60,786 bases of DNA from NCBI GenBank assembly GCA_964636965.1, contig CAZWST010000004.1:1-60786 (forward strand), in the 5' to 3' direction. The notes below the pieces were generated by a model that did not search any database, was not told the origin of the DNA, and saw only the letters and a program-made list of their open reading frames with translations. Both the position numbers and the translations under genes were made by a program. Below, piece after piece: positions 28,814 to 38,343 of this stretch; position 1 is the first letter of the stretch; every line of letters begins with the position of its first letter. This DNA is from an uncultured Muribaculaceae bacterium. GTDB taxonomy: Bacteria; Bacillota_I; Bacilli_A; RF39; UBA660.

Positions 28814-29569
28814 ATGAATTTATATTATATAAATGAATTATTAATTAAAAAGATAAAGAACCGTGTTTTTGATGAAGAAGATATTAGAAATTTTATTGAG
28901 TGTTTTTTAACTCATCTTAAAGTATCTTCATTTCTTATTGATATTATATTTGTAAATAAAAAAGATAATAATTTAGCCAGATATGATTTTGAAACAAAAA
29001 TTTTAAATATTAACTATGATGAGCTTATTAAAGATGCTTATTCTGGTTATGCTGATTCAAATGATGATGATTTAATTTTATTTACAAATATAATGATAAT
29101 TTTTACTCTAGTGCATGAAATAACTCATATATATCAAATGGCTCATCTAAATGATATTGGAACACTTCCAAGAATTATAAAAAATGAATTTGGTTTATTT
29201 AGAATATTAAGTATAAAAGATTATAATAAATATTGGAGTTTTTTCACATGTGAAAGAGAAGCTTTATTTAATTCTTATGAATATGTTTTATTCTTACTTA
29301 AATATGTTGTCAATCATGAAAGAATGTATGATTATTTCTTTTCTAACTTGGTTGATAACCTACTTTCTTCTTATAAAATAAAAAAGAAAGATATAATTTC
29401 TCCACTACAAGTTATTAATCAAAAATTTATGAAAAGAGTTTTACCACAAACAACTAATTTTGATATTTATGAAACCCTTAAATATGGATTCCCAATTAGC
29501 AAATGTGAGTATGATGAATATATAAAAAATATAAAGACAATTGTTACAAAAAAATTACTTGCAAGATAA
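28814..29569 (+). CDS. hypothetical HExxH-motif protein
   Basis: 251-aa ORF with the motif IIFTLVHEITHIYQM and a later FTCEREALFNSYEY. No TM segment. Confidence 0.4.
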   Translation: MNLYYINELLIKKIKNRVFDEEDIRNFIECFLTHLKVSSFLIDIIFVNKKDNNLARYDFETKILNINYDELIKDAYSGYADSNDDDLILFTNIMIIFTLVHEITHIYQMAHLNDIGTLPRIIKNEFGLFRILSIKDYNKYWSFFTCEREALFNSYEYVLFLLKYVVNHERMYDYFFSNLVDNLLSSYKIKKKDIISPLQVINQKFMKRVLPQTTNFDIYETLKYGFPISKCEYDEYIKNIKTIVTKKLLAR

Positions 29570-29615
29570 ATTAATATATGTTATTATAGATGACAATTTA
29601 AAGGGGGAATATTTT

Positions 29616-29864
29616 ATGGGAAATACTTGTAACGTTAATGAAACGGAACTTGTTGATATTGAAAGTTATTGTAATGAATTAAGTTCTATAACAGGTTTAA
29701 GTGTTCCACTAATAAGAGTTGTTGTTATAACTAACTTTGCTAGTGTTTATTCAGATAAAGTATCTTTCCCAGATGCTACTAATAATATAGTAAACGAGAT
29801 TAGTGCAATGATTCAAGTTAATGCAACAAAAAAGAAACAAAAAAAACAAGCTTTAATGAACTAA
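29616..29864 (+). CDS. hypothetical 82-aa protein
   Basis: Start at ATG 29616 with the strong RBS AAGGGGGAA. Convergent with the radical SAM gene, with stops 9 nt apart. Confidence 0.45.
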   Translation: MGNTCNVNETELVDIESYCNELSSITGLSVPLIRVVVITNFASVYSDKVSFPDATNNIVNEISAMIQVNATKKKQKKQALMN

Positions 29865-29872
29865 GCTTGTTT

Positions 29873-30682
29873 TTATTTGAAATTACATTTCTTACATAAT
29901 TCTTCAATTCTTATATTATTTTTAAAACCTTCTTCTATACTTCTATACCTTTTTGAAGATCTTATTTCATCTAAATTATTTTCATAAATATTACCTAATT
30001 TAATAACTCCCTCGGAATCTAAACAACAAGGAACAACAGAGCCATCAGAAAGTATTCCAATATGATCTTTTAATGCATAACATGAGCCAGAATTATTTAA
30101 TTCACAAGAATCATTTGGCCAAATAAATTCATCATGTGTACTAATAAATATATTTTTACTTATTGTAGAATTATTCTTTATATTTTTATAATCAAGATTT
30201 GAATTATACTTTTTGTTTAATATATCAATTATATCTTTATTATAAATAGATGTTACCCAAAGACGATAAGAGATAAATGAATACTCTTTTAATTTATCAG
30301 TTACTTCAAATATATCATTTAAATAATCTTCAAGGCTTTTGTTGTAACGTTCATTATAGCTATGTAAGGATATATTAAGTTGTCTAATATTTTTATTATC
30401 TTTTATATTTTTTATTAAATAACCATTAGTAGTTATATTTACTTTATAATTCTTAGAAGCTAGGTCAATTAATTCATTTATTTTAGGATGTATGAGTGGT
30501 TCACCTAATATATGAAAATAAAGATAGTCAGTATAATTATTTAACTTTTCTAAAATTATTTTAAAATTATCTATAGTAATAAATTCTTTAGGCCTTTTTG
30601 ATTTAGCACAAAAAGGACAAGTTAAATTACAACTATTAGTTATTTCTACATATATTTTTTTATACTTCTTCATTTTCTTCAC
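29873..30682 (-). CDS. radical SAM enzyme with C-terminal SPASM/twitch-type Cys cluster
   Basis: CNLTCPFC (CxxxCxxC) at residues 18-25. C-terminal Cys pattern C...CYALKDHIGILSDGSVVPCCLD...CKKC. Confidence 0.8.
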   Translation of the reverse strand: MKKMKKYKKIYVEITNSCNLTCPFCAKSKRPKEFITIDNFKIILEKLNNYTDYLYFHILGEPLIHPKINELIDLASKNYKVNITTNGYLIKNIKDNKNIRQLNISLHSYNERYNKSLEDYLNDIFEVTDKLKEYSFISYRLWVTSIYNKDIIDILNKKYNSNLDYKNIKNNSTISKNIFISTHDEFIWPNDSCELNNSGSCYALKDHIGILSDGSVVPCCLDSEGVIKLGNIYENNLDEIRSSKRYRSIEEGFKNNIRIEELCKKCNFK

Positions 30683-31217
30683 GTTTTATTCTAATTGAAT
30701 CTACAAGTTTTCTTACTTTTTCTTCTCTTTGTTCACAAGATAAAGTAATATTTTTGTTTCCAAAGTAAGTATATCCACTATATATACTTTTTTCCATACT
30801 ATTTATCTCACTCAAATAATCATTAATATTAGTTATAATTGATGAAAGATATATTGTTAAAAGATAAGCAGCTTCTAAGTCAGGAAAATCACCAGTTTTA
30901 AAACCATTATTTAAATATCTTTTTAATTCTTCTGATGAAGATACATAAAGTTCGTAATAGCTATCAACTGAAGCATATGCCTCTTTTATAATACTCTCAT
31001 TTATATTTTTAAATAATGAGATTGATTTATAAAGCATGATAATAAACTTATATTGTAGTCTCACCTTTTTGCTATATTTTGTGTAATCCCATAATCCACC
31101 AATTATATCAACTACATCATCTTCTAAAGATAGATCTCCTTCTTCATACTTTTTTATTGTACTAAGTACTAATTCTGCATCTTTTTTTACATCATCATCT
31201 AAAATTGTATCTTCCAT
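30660..31217 (-). CDS. hypothetical 185-aa helical protein
   Basis: GGGGGA RBS. The 3' end overlaps the radical SAM start by 23 nt, which suggests translational coupling. Confidence 0.5.
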   Translation of the reverse strand: MEDTILDDDVKKDAELVLSTIKKYEEGDLSLEDDVVDIIGGLWDYTKYSKKVRLQYKFIIMLYKSISLFKNINESIIKEAYASVDSYYELYVSSSEELKRYLNNGFKTGDFPDLEAAYLLTIYLSSIITNINDYLSEINSMEKSIYSGYTYFGNKNITLSCEQREEKVRKLVDSIRIKREENEEV

Positions 31218-31236
31218 AAATATCCCCCTTGTTTAA

Positions 31237-33297
31237 TTAAAATGGATTGTCATTTAATGCATCTAAGTCAAAGTAGAAACATACTTCTTCATATTTTTCA
31301 TCACCAATTGAAGCAAGTTTTTCTTCGACGATAGATCCACCCATATCTTTGTAGAATTTCTTAGCATTTTCATTATCTTTAAAGCACCAGATAATCATAT
31401 TATCACAGTTCTTTTCATGTAATCTTTTTGCTGTTTCTTTAAATAATGAAGACCCTATTCCTTTATTTAAAGAGTCTGTCTTAATATATAAGCTAACTAA
31501 TTCTGAATCATATTTTTCATTTTCTTTAATATTAAAACATGAATAACCTAATACTTCTTCATCTTTAACGGCAACTAGCACTAAATCTTTAAATTCTTCA
31601 AAGGAAGCTATGTACCTTTCTGTTTGTTGTTTATAGTCTAAGGCTTTTAGGTATTTAGAAGATACAATATTATCATAAGCATTACGCCATCCATCGATTT
31701 TTATATGAGCCATTTGTTCTTGATCTTCTAATCTATTTAATCTTATTTTATATTCATCACCTGGAGTTAATAATTTAATTGCATCATGCATCATCTTAAA
31801 TGATGATATGAGTAAATCATCTTCTATTGCAAAAGTGATACGACCAACTAAATCTTCTTTTTTAGGCCACGAAATTGATTGACCAACAAGAAATCTTATA
31901 CGACAAGTTTTATAGAAAAATTTAAGTAAGTCTCTTTCTGTGTTAATTATACTTCCTTTATATTTCATTCCTTTTAATTTAGTAAAATCAAGTATTGCAA
32001 AGAATCCAGCTTCTGGAATTAAACGAGCAGGTATACTTACTAAAGGTAAGCCTTCTAATAATTCGTTAATCTCATCACTTGTTAAATTAGTCTTATTAAG
32101 TGTATCTAAAACTTTATCTTTATATCTTGGATCTACTGAAGATACTCCTTCTACTAAAGATAGAAGTAAATTAAATTTGTATTCATACAAACTTCTAAGT
32201 TCACTAAAGTATTCTTTATAGGCAAGTTCTCTTTCTTTTGTTGTATTATATGCACCTGCTAGAGCTTGTCCAACTATATCAGGTGCTGAATCCATTCCTT
32301 GAAAAATACGATTGACTAACTCTCTTATAATTATTTCATCTGCTACAACAAATCCTGCTCTTAAAGAAGCCATACCATAACTCTTTGATAAACCAAATAG
32401 AGAAATTGTATTTCTAAATGTTCCAGGAATTGTTGAGATAGGTTTTGCAATATTTTCTTCATTAAAAGTTATATCACGATAAACTAAATCATCGATTACA
32501 AATGTTCCTCTTTCTTGACATACACGAGCAATACCTTCTAGTCTTTTTGTTTCACTTTCTCCCATTACTTTACCTGTTGGATTTGAAGGGTTAGTATTTA
32601 GATACGCGATTACTCTTGGAACATATCCTTTTCTTCTATTATATACTTTTTGAAGAGCATCATTTATTTCATCAATTTTTGCAGCTAACTTATCTGGATT
32701 AGCTAACCAACCATCTTCCTCTTCTAGAGGTAGTATTTCAACTTCTGCTCCAGCTCTTTCAGCACGAATCGTGAAAAGTCCATAGTTTGGTCCAGGTATT
32801 AATATTACATCTCCTGGCTTTGCAATAATATTAATAATCATATTAAAAGCAATTGAAGTTGATGGTAAAAAGGTAATATTGTGAACACATAAACCTTTTT
32901 CGTCTATATCATCGTATGAATATGGCATATCATTTCTAAATCCTAAAGACTCAACATAATCTAAAAGAATACGCCTTATATTATCGTCTCCTTCGGTATA
33001 GGGATATTTAAACATAAGTGAATTATCTAAAGATTCCTTCATTCTCTTTATTGATAAAGGGAATGGTTTAAAATTAGTTGGATTACCTCCACCAAGGTCA
33101 ATATCTTTTTTTATAGTGATTAATTCATCTCTTACTTCATAACCATAAAAATCTATAGCATCAGCTATCTCTTGAACTGTTGGATTAAAAAAATCTCCAT
33201 CAATTCTTTTACCAATATCAGGTAGCCCAAATCTTCTTTCTCCAAGTTCAGGGTTTTCTCTTAATAATCTATCTATTGCTTCAGATTTCTTTAACAT
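31237..33297 (-). CDS. class I/II PLP-dependent aminotransferase fused to a C-terminal GNAT acetyltransferase domain
   Basis: Aminotransferase motifs NPSNPTG and LFGLSKSYGMASLRAG (the PLP lysine). From about residue 520 there is a GNAT domain (LVSLYIKTDSLNKGIGSSLFKETAKRL...AKKFYKDMGG). Confidence 0.8.
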   Translation of the reverse strand: MLKKSEAIDRLLRENPELGERRFGLPDIGKRIDGDFFNPTVQEIADAIDFYGYEVRDELITIKKDIDLGGGNPTNFKPFPLSIKRMKESLDNSLMFKYPYTEGDDNIRRILLDYVESLGFRNDMPYSYDDIDEKGLCVHNITFLPSTSIAFNMIINIIAKPGDVILIPGPNYGLFTIRAERAGAEVEILPLEEEDGWLANPDKLAAKIDEINDALQKVYNRRKGYVPRVIAYLNTNPSNPTGKVMGESETKRLEGIARVCQERGTFVIDDLVYRDITFNEENIAKPISTIPGTFRNTISLFGLSKSYGMASLRAGFVVADEIIIRELVNRIFQGMDSAPDIVGQALAGAYNTTKERELAYKEYFSELRSLYEYKFNLLLSLVEGVSSVDPRYKDKVLDTLNKTNLTSDEINELLEGLPLVSIPARLIPEAGFFAILDFTKLKGMKYKGSIINTERDLLKFFYKTCRIRFLVGQSISWPKKEDLVGRITFAIEDDLLISSFKMMHDAIKLLTPGDEYKIRLNRLEDQEQMAHIKIDGWRNAYDNIVSSKYLKALDYKQQTERYIASFEEFKDLVLVAVKDEEVLGYSCFNIKENEKYDSELVSLYIKTDSLNKGIGSSLFKETAKRLHEKNCDNMIIWCFKDNENAKKFYKDMGGSIVEEKLASIGDEKYEEVCFYFDLDALNDNPF

Positions 33298-33416
33298 ATA
33301 ATTACTCCTTTTGTATATATATTATAATAACATATTTTATATTATTATGTATTTTAAATTATTATATTGAACCAAAATAAAATATGTGTTAAAATATTCT
33401 CGTTAGCAAGAAATTT

Positions 33417-33490
33417 AGAGGATTGGTGTAATGGTAACATAGGAGTCTCCAAAACTTTTGCTGGGAGTTCGATTCTCTCATCCTCTGCCA
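33417..33490 (+). tRNA. tRNA-Trp (anticodon CCA)
   Basis: AGAGGATTGGTGTAATGGTAACATAGGAGTCTCCAAAACTTTTGCTGGGAGTTCGATTCTCTCATCCTCTGCCA. It has acceptor stem AGAGGAT/ATCCTCT, anticodon loop CTCCAAA, T-loop GTTCGATTC and an encoded CCA. Confidence 0.9.
33446..33490 (+). repeat. attL: 45-bp direct repeat (3' part of tRNA-Trp)
   Basis: TCTCCAAAACTTTTGCTGGGAGTTCGATTCTCTCATCCTCTGCCA is identical to 41933-41977. Confidence 0.9.
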
Positions 33491-33635
33491 GAACAAGCGT
33501 TCGCTTTTTGAAGCGATTTATATATATTTATGCAATAGATCATCTATTGCTTTTTTTATAATTTACTTATATATTTTGTATGATATAATAATTTCATTAG
33601 TTAATTTTATTTTAACATATTGTTTAGGGTGAATC

Positions 33636-34244
33636 ATGAAAAACTATCTATTATTAAGTAAAAAAATTAAAGAACTGAATTCAAAATGTAACTCTTTATT
33701 AGATTATATTGTAAGTTCTATTAAAAATACATTTTTTTGTACATTTTTAAATATATATGCAGTTGAAGAAATAATGAAATCTGATTCAGATTTATTATAT
33801 GAATATTTTCATTTTAAGGGAAATTTGTCAATTACGGGTTCTAATCCTGCTTTAGATTATATAATTGGTAGATTAATTATTACTAACTTTATTAATAATG
33901 CAAAGTATATTGATTTTATAGAACCATTATTAAAAGAAATCCATATTCCATTGAAAGATGTTAAAGAATATTCTGAAAAGGAAGTATATAAGATTCTAAA
34001 ACTTTTAGATAATATATTGTTTTGCCAAAAAACTCGTAGACATTGTAGTTGTCTATTTGAAAATATTGATATACATTTAGAAAAAATGCTTAGTATCTTG
34101 AAAGAAAGAAGAAAAAATAAATTTAATGATAAAAATTTCAAAGAAAGTTATATTACTAAACTTATACAAGAGTATTATAAAGAGTATGAAATCTTAATGA
34201 ATAATTATAATAAAAGAAAAGAATATCTTAAATACTTTAAATAA
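33636..34244 (+). CDS. hypothetical 202-aa protein (island cargo)
   Basis: ORF with a GGGTGA RBS. No recognised motif. Confidence 0.45.
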   Translation: MKNYLLLSKKIKELNSKCNSLLDYIVSSIKNTFFCTFLNIYAVEEIMKSDSDLLYEYFHFKGNLSITGSNPALDYIIGRLIITNFINNAKYIDFIEPLLKEIHIPLKDVKEYSEKEVYKILKLLDNILFCQKTRRHCSCLFENIDIHLEKMLSILKERRKNKFNDKNFKESYITKLIQEYYKEYEILMNNYNKRKEYLKYFK

Positions 34245-34454
34245 TTACAACAACTGCTAGTATAGAGTTGTTTTTTTATTTATTTAAAGTCTTGTATTTA
34301 TAAAATAAAAGCGACAAATACAACTATAATAGTTATAATGTCGCTTTTTATATAAATTATTAAAACTTTTGGTTTTATAATTCTTGTATAACATTACATT
34401 TTTAGAATATAATATTATTGAGTGAGCTATTAACAAAATATGTTAATAGTTTTT

Positions 34455-34874
34455 TTAGTCACTACCTGAAGTTGATTTACTAGTAAGTATGTACTTAGCA
34501 TTTGCAGTAGAACCTGATTTATCATTTACTGAAGTAATAAGATAATCTTTTTTAGCAGTTTGCTTTGAGTAATAAACATAGCTATTATTATTTCCACTTA
34601 TATCAGTAGATCTAACTCCAACATTTTCGAATCCTAGTCCAAGATAAGCCTTTTTAGATAAGGTAACTCTTAGAGTAGAACTTTCACTATTTTGAGCAGT
34701 ATATTTTACGTATGGATAACTAGCTTCAAGCTTTGCATAACTTGATCTATTCCATTGCCCATAAGTTAGTGAAAAATTACCAGAAGCAGTAGCTGCTGCA
34801 AATACTGTTGTAGCTGTAATTGATAATACAACTGCAAGTGTAGTAATCGCTTTTTTTCCAATATTTTTTCTCAT
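34455..34874 (-). CDS. small secreted protein (signal peptide plus ~110-aa Ser/Thr-rich beta-type mature part), last gene of cassette B
   Basis: Signal peptide MRKNIGKKAITTLAVVLSITATTVFAAA. ATGA overlap with the upstream membrane protein gene. Confidence 0.55.
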   Translation of the reverse strand: MRKNIGKKAITTLAVVLSITATTVFAAATASGNFSLTYGQWNRSSYAKLEASYPYVKYTAQNSESSTLRVTLSKKAYLGLGFENVGVRSTDISGNNNSYVYYSKQTAKKDYLITSVNDKSGSTANAKYILTSKSTSGSD

Positions 34875-35677
34875 ACTTTATAAGACCTCCTTCCTATTAT
34901 CAAACACATAGTTACAAATAATGTTACTATTATTAGTAATATGTGGATAACTAAATTAAAACAATGATTTACTCCTAGGTAATTTTTTATTACCAATTGA
35001 AGAATCCCATTCGATAGCACTATGCTTAATATTAAAGATAGTACTTTTATTACGGATATAATTGTAATTTCTTTTAAATTAAAACCTAAACAATAATATA
35101 AATAGTTATATTTTTGTTCATCTAATAAGATATTTATGATAGTTATTAGATAAATGATAAAGCTAATAATTATTATTAATATTAGCATATAGAAAAAATA
35201 ATTATAATATTTTTCTATCTTACTATCATTTTCTTTATTTATAAATATTTCATATTCGATTCTATTTTTCATGAAAAAATCAACCATATCATTATAAACT
35301 TTCCAATTTTTTAATATTATATAGTATTCATTATTATATTCATAAATATTAAAATCTTTTTTTGAAATTATTTCTATATTATTATCTTTTTCAAAAAAAT
35401 CATTATCTTCATGTTCCACTATAATTTTATTATCCATAGTTATGCATTTTAGTAATACTTTTATGTTACTGTGATTTTTCAAAAGATCATATTTATCTTT
35501 ATCATCTAAAACTACAGTAAAATATGATTTTTTATAATTATCATTTAATATTTTTCCCCCATAGATATAAAAAGTAGTTGCAATTGTAATAATAAAAATA
35601 ATAGAAAAAATAATAAAAATATAATTCCGTGTAGTCTTTTTATGAATAAATTCTTTTAATAATATTAAATATTTCAT
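34871..35677 (-). CDS. FtsX-type permease subunit 2 (divergent, short), cassette B
   Basis: N-terminal TM, a ~120-aa external region and three C-terminal TMs. FtsX-like YYCLGFNLKEITIISVIKV. ATGA overlaps on both sides. Confidence 0.55.
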   Translation of the reverse strand: MKYLILLKEFIHKKTTRNYIFIIFSIIFIITIATTFYIYGGKILNDNYKKSYFTVVLDDKDKYDLLKNHSNIKVLLKCITMDNKIIVEHEDNDFFEKDNNIEIISKKDFNIYEYNNEYYIILKNWKVYNDMVDFFMKNRIEYEIFINKENDSKIEKYYNYFFYMLILIIIISFIIYLITIINILLDEQKYNYLYYCLGFNLKEITIISVIKVLSLILSIVLSNGILQLVIKNYLGVNHCFNLVIHILLIIVTLFVTMCLIIGRRSYKV

Positions 35678-36873
35678 AATAAAATCCTACTTAAGTTTTC
35701 TTCTAATTTTCGATTTAGTACTTTTTTATTTACAACAATTAAGAAAATTAACATTAAAATGATAGTTAATATAACTGGTATAACTGAAAATTTCAGTATA
35801 GTACCATCATATATATATTCTGCAAAATAAATATCTTTAATGTAGTTAAAAACAATAATGTAAAGGATTATTGAAACAATCCAACTTATAATAAGTAAAA
35901 AAGCATTCTCAATAAAGTCGATAGTTCTAATTGTTTTTTGATTATATCCAATGGATTTTAATATTGCATATGATCTACAATTATATTTTATTTTTTTAGA
36001 TAAATAAGATTCCAAAACTATACAAAATACCAAGATAATAATTATGGATGCAAAAATGGGAACATATGTTAACAAATTAACGTATCCTTCATTTAATTCA
36101 GAAGATGGCTGAGAATATAATCCTATTTTAGATATTTCTTCTTGAACATTTTTAACATTTTTATAACTATCAACTATAGCAAGTTTTCCTGTGTATTCTG
36201 TTGGGACAAAAACCATTTCTCCAGTTTCCTCATTATATTTTGTTGACCCACCATTATATTTGGGTGCAATCTTTTTAAAAACATCTTTGGAGATATAACA
36301 ACTATTTAGGTAATTATTATTTTTTTCTGAATTATATGTACCAACTATTTTGAAAGTAAAAGTTTTGTTATCTTCTGATATAACATCAAAGCTTTTGTCA
36401 ATTATATCTTCGGCATACATTAGTCTATTTTTATTGAATATGGTTTTTCCATTAATTTCTTCTATTTCGTAAGGAAAGAAAACATCCGAACATATTGCCT
36501 CATTTTCCTCTTTAGCCATTTTTCCATTTGTGACTATTAAACTTTTTTTATCAAGTATAGGATTAAGAGAAATTTCCCCTTGTAAATCAGTGCTAAATTC
36601 TTTAACTTCAGCAATCAGTGGGTTTTGATAAATAGTATCTTCAACTTCTATAATGTGTTTAATTTTTTCTAACTGATTATATTTGTCTGAGTCGCCATTT
36701 ACTATTAAAGTTCGAAAACGAGAGTTATTGTTATACAGAGTTTCTTTTAGAGTAAAAAATGTTGAACCTATTGAAATTGTGAGCATCATTACTATACTTA
36801 TAAGGAAGAAAATGATAAACAAAATAACATTTTTTGAGGTAAGTATATGTTTTCTTAAATAATTAAAGTACAT
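35674..36873 (-). CDS. FtsX/MacB-type ABC permease subunit 1, cassette B
   Basis: TM1, a large external domain, then 3 TM. FtsX motif YAILKSIGYNQKTIRTIDFIENA. Start ATG 36873 lies 1 nt after the ATPase stop. Paralogous to 22234-23502 (for example RFRTLIV versus SFRTLIV). Confidence 0.75.
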   Translation of the reverse strand: MYFNYLRKHILTSKNVILFIIFFLISIVMMLTISIGSTFFTLKETLYNNNSRFRTLIVNGDSDKYNQLEKIKHIIEVEDTIYQNPLIAEVKEFSTDLQGEISLNPILDKKSLIVTNGKMAKEENEAICSDVFFPYEIEEINGKTIFNKNRLMYAEDIIDKSFDVISEDNKTFTFKIVGTYNSEKNNNYLNSCYISKDVFKKIAPKYNGGSTKYNEETGEMVFVPTEYTGKLAIVDSYKNVKNVQEEISKIGLYSQPSSELNEGYVNLLTYVPIFASIIIILVFCIVLESYLSKKIKYNCRSYAILKSIGYNQKTIRTIDFIENAFLLIISWIVSIILYIIVFNYIKDIYFAEYIYDGTILKFSVIPVILTIILMLIFLIVVNKKVLNRKLEENLSRILL

Positions 36874-36874
36874 A

Positions 36875-37537
36875 TTACACACCTTCTTCCAAATTAACAA
36901 TTTCATCTGCGAAGGTTTTTATATTATCCGAATGGCTAACAACAATTACACATTTTCCATTTTTTGATAATTCCTTTAAATCATTTAATATAATTTCTTC
37001 GTTCTTTTTATCCAAATTACCAGTTGGTTCATCAGCTAGAATTATATTAGGATTATTGATTAAAGCTCGGCAAATAGCAACTCTTTGTTGTTCTCCGCCA
37101 GATAATTCCTTAGGATAATGTTTTAATCTTTTGTCTATTTTATATTTCTTAGTCAATTCAATTATGTCATTTTTTCGTTCTTTCCAATTTTTGTTTAATA
37201 AAGTTGGTAGGAGAATGTTATCAAAAACATTTAGGTGTTCATCTAGTAAATAATCTTGGAAAATAAAACCTATTTTATTATTTCTTAGTTTAGATTGTTC
37301 TACTTCTTTTAATAAAGATATACTTTTCTCTTCAATAAAAATATCGCCTTTATCTGGTTTTTCTAACATACCTATTAATTTTATGAGAGTTGATTTTCCG
37401 CATCCTGAGTGTCCTATAATCCCATATAATTTTCCATACTCGAAAGAGTAATTAAAATTTTTAAACACTTCTATATTTTCATCGTGTGCAAAAAACGATT
37501 TATATAAGTTTTTTATATGTATGGCATTTTTCTTCAT
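36875..37537 (-). CDS. ABC transporter ATP-binding protein, cassette B (paralogue of 23499-24188)
   Basis: [52 protein letters not shown] and GKCVIVVSHSD. The same motif blocks occur in the cassette A ATPase. Confidence 0.9.
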   Translation of the reverse strand: MKKNAIHIKNLYKSFFAHDENIEVFKNFNYSFEYGKLYGIIGHSGCGKSTLIKLIGMLEKPDKGDIFIEEKSISLLKEVEQSKLRNNKIGFIFQDYLLDEHLNVFDNILLPTLLNKNWKERKNDIIELTKKYKIDKRLKHYPKELSGGEQQRVAICRALINNPNIILADEPTGNLDKKNEEIILNDLKELSKNGKCVIVVSHSDNIKTFADEIVNLEEGV

Positions 37538-37548
37538 ATTTCGCTTCC

Positions 37549-38283
37549 TTATACTAATTTTACTGAAACACCCTTCATACAGTCATAGTAAGATTGTATT
37601 CCTGTATTAAAACTAAAGACTCCACCAATTCCCGATTTTGAAAAGGAATATTTTTTACTATTTGCATAAGAGATATTTTTCTTGGCATGTTGATAACTTG
37701 CTTTTATATTTCCTTTTTTTTCAACAATTAGTGTTTGAGCAATCTTTAAATATGTCACATTTGTTGGTAATTTAAATGAAGTTCCAATACCATCTGTTGA
37801 TTTATTAGTGTAATTATAGTAACTTTTACCATTATTTGTTTCAATTGTGACATCACTAATATTTATTGCAGAAGTGTTCTCTAAATAAATTCCAAGTATA
37901 TCATAACTTCTAATAGTTGGAAGATTAATCCAGTTTAATGAAATTGATACTAGGCAGTTAGATGAACAAGCTGTGCTCATCTTTAATGATTTATTAGTTG
38001 TTGTATGTTCTGATACTGAGAATAAACTCATGACATTATCATCAATTTCAACAGAATTTATTTCATTCTCAAATAAGCCATTATTTTTTAGGAAATTAAA
38101 ATCTTCATTAGATAAATTATTTTGATATCCCTCCCAATAAAATTCACTTATTTTGTCATATTCTTGTTTAGTAAATGAAACTCCGTTACTATTTTCATAG
38201 TACAATTCTTGTGCATTTACACTTTCAATTACACTTCCAATAAACAAACTTGCAATAATTGTCATAATGTATATTTTTTTCAT
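37549..38283 (-). CDS. secreted hypothetical protein (244 aa), present only in cassette B
   Basis: Start ATG 38283 with RBS AGAGGAAG. Signal peptide MKKIYIMTIIASLFIGSVIESVNA followed by QE. No recognised domain. Confidence 0.5.
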   Translation of the reverse strand: MKKIYIMTIIASLFIGSVIESVNAQELYYENSNGVSFTKQEYDKISEFYWEGYQNNLSNEDFNFLKNNGLFENEINSVEIDDNVMSLFSVSEHTTTNKSLKMSTACSSNCLVSISLNWINLPTIRSYDILGIYLENTSAINISDVTIETNNGKSYYNYTNKSTDGIGTSFKLPTNVTYLKIAQTLIVEKKGNIKASYQHAKKNISYANSKKYSFSKSGIGGVFSFNTGIQSYYDCMKGVSVKLV

Positions 38284-38343
38284 AACTCTTCCTCTTTTCT
38301 GAGTATACCATATCATAAAATCAATATAAAAAGGGAGTTCCTG

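Noticed and set aside
33367-33561. 64-aa plus-strand ORF from the track.
   Set aside because: It runs straight through tRNA-Trp (33417-33490), so it is spurious.
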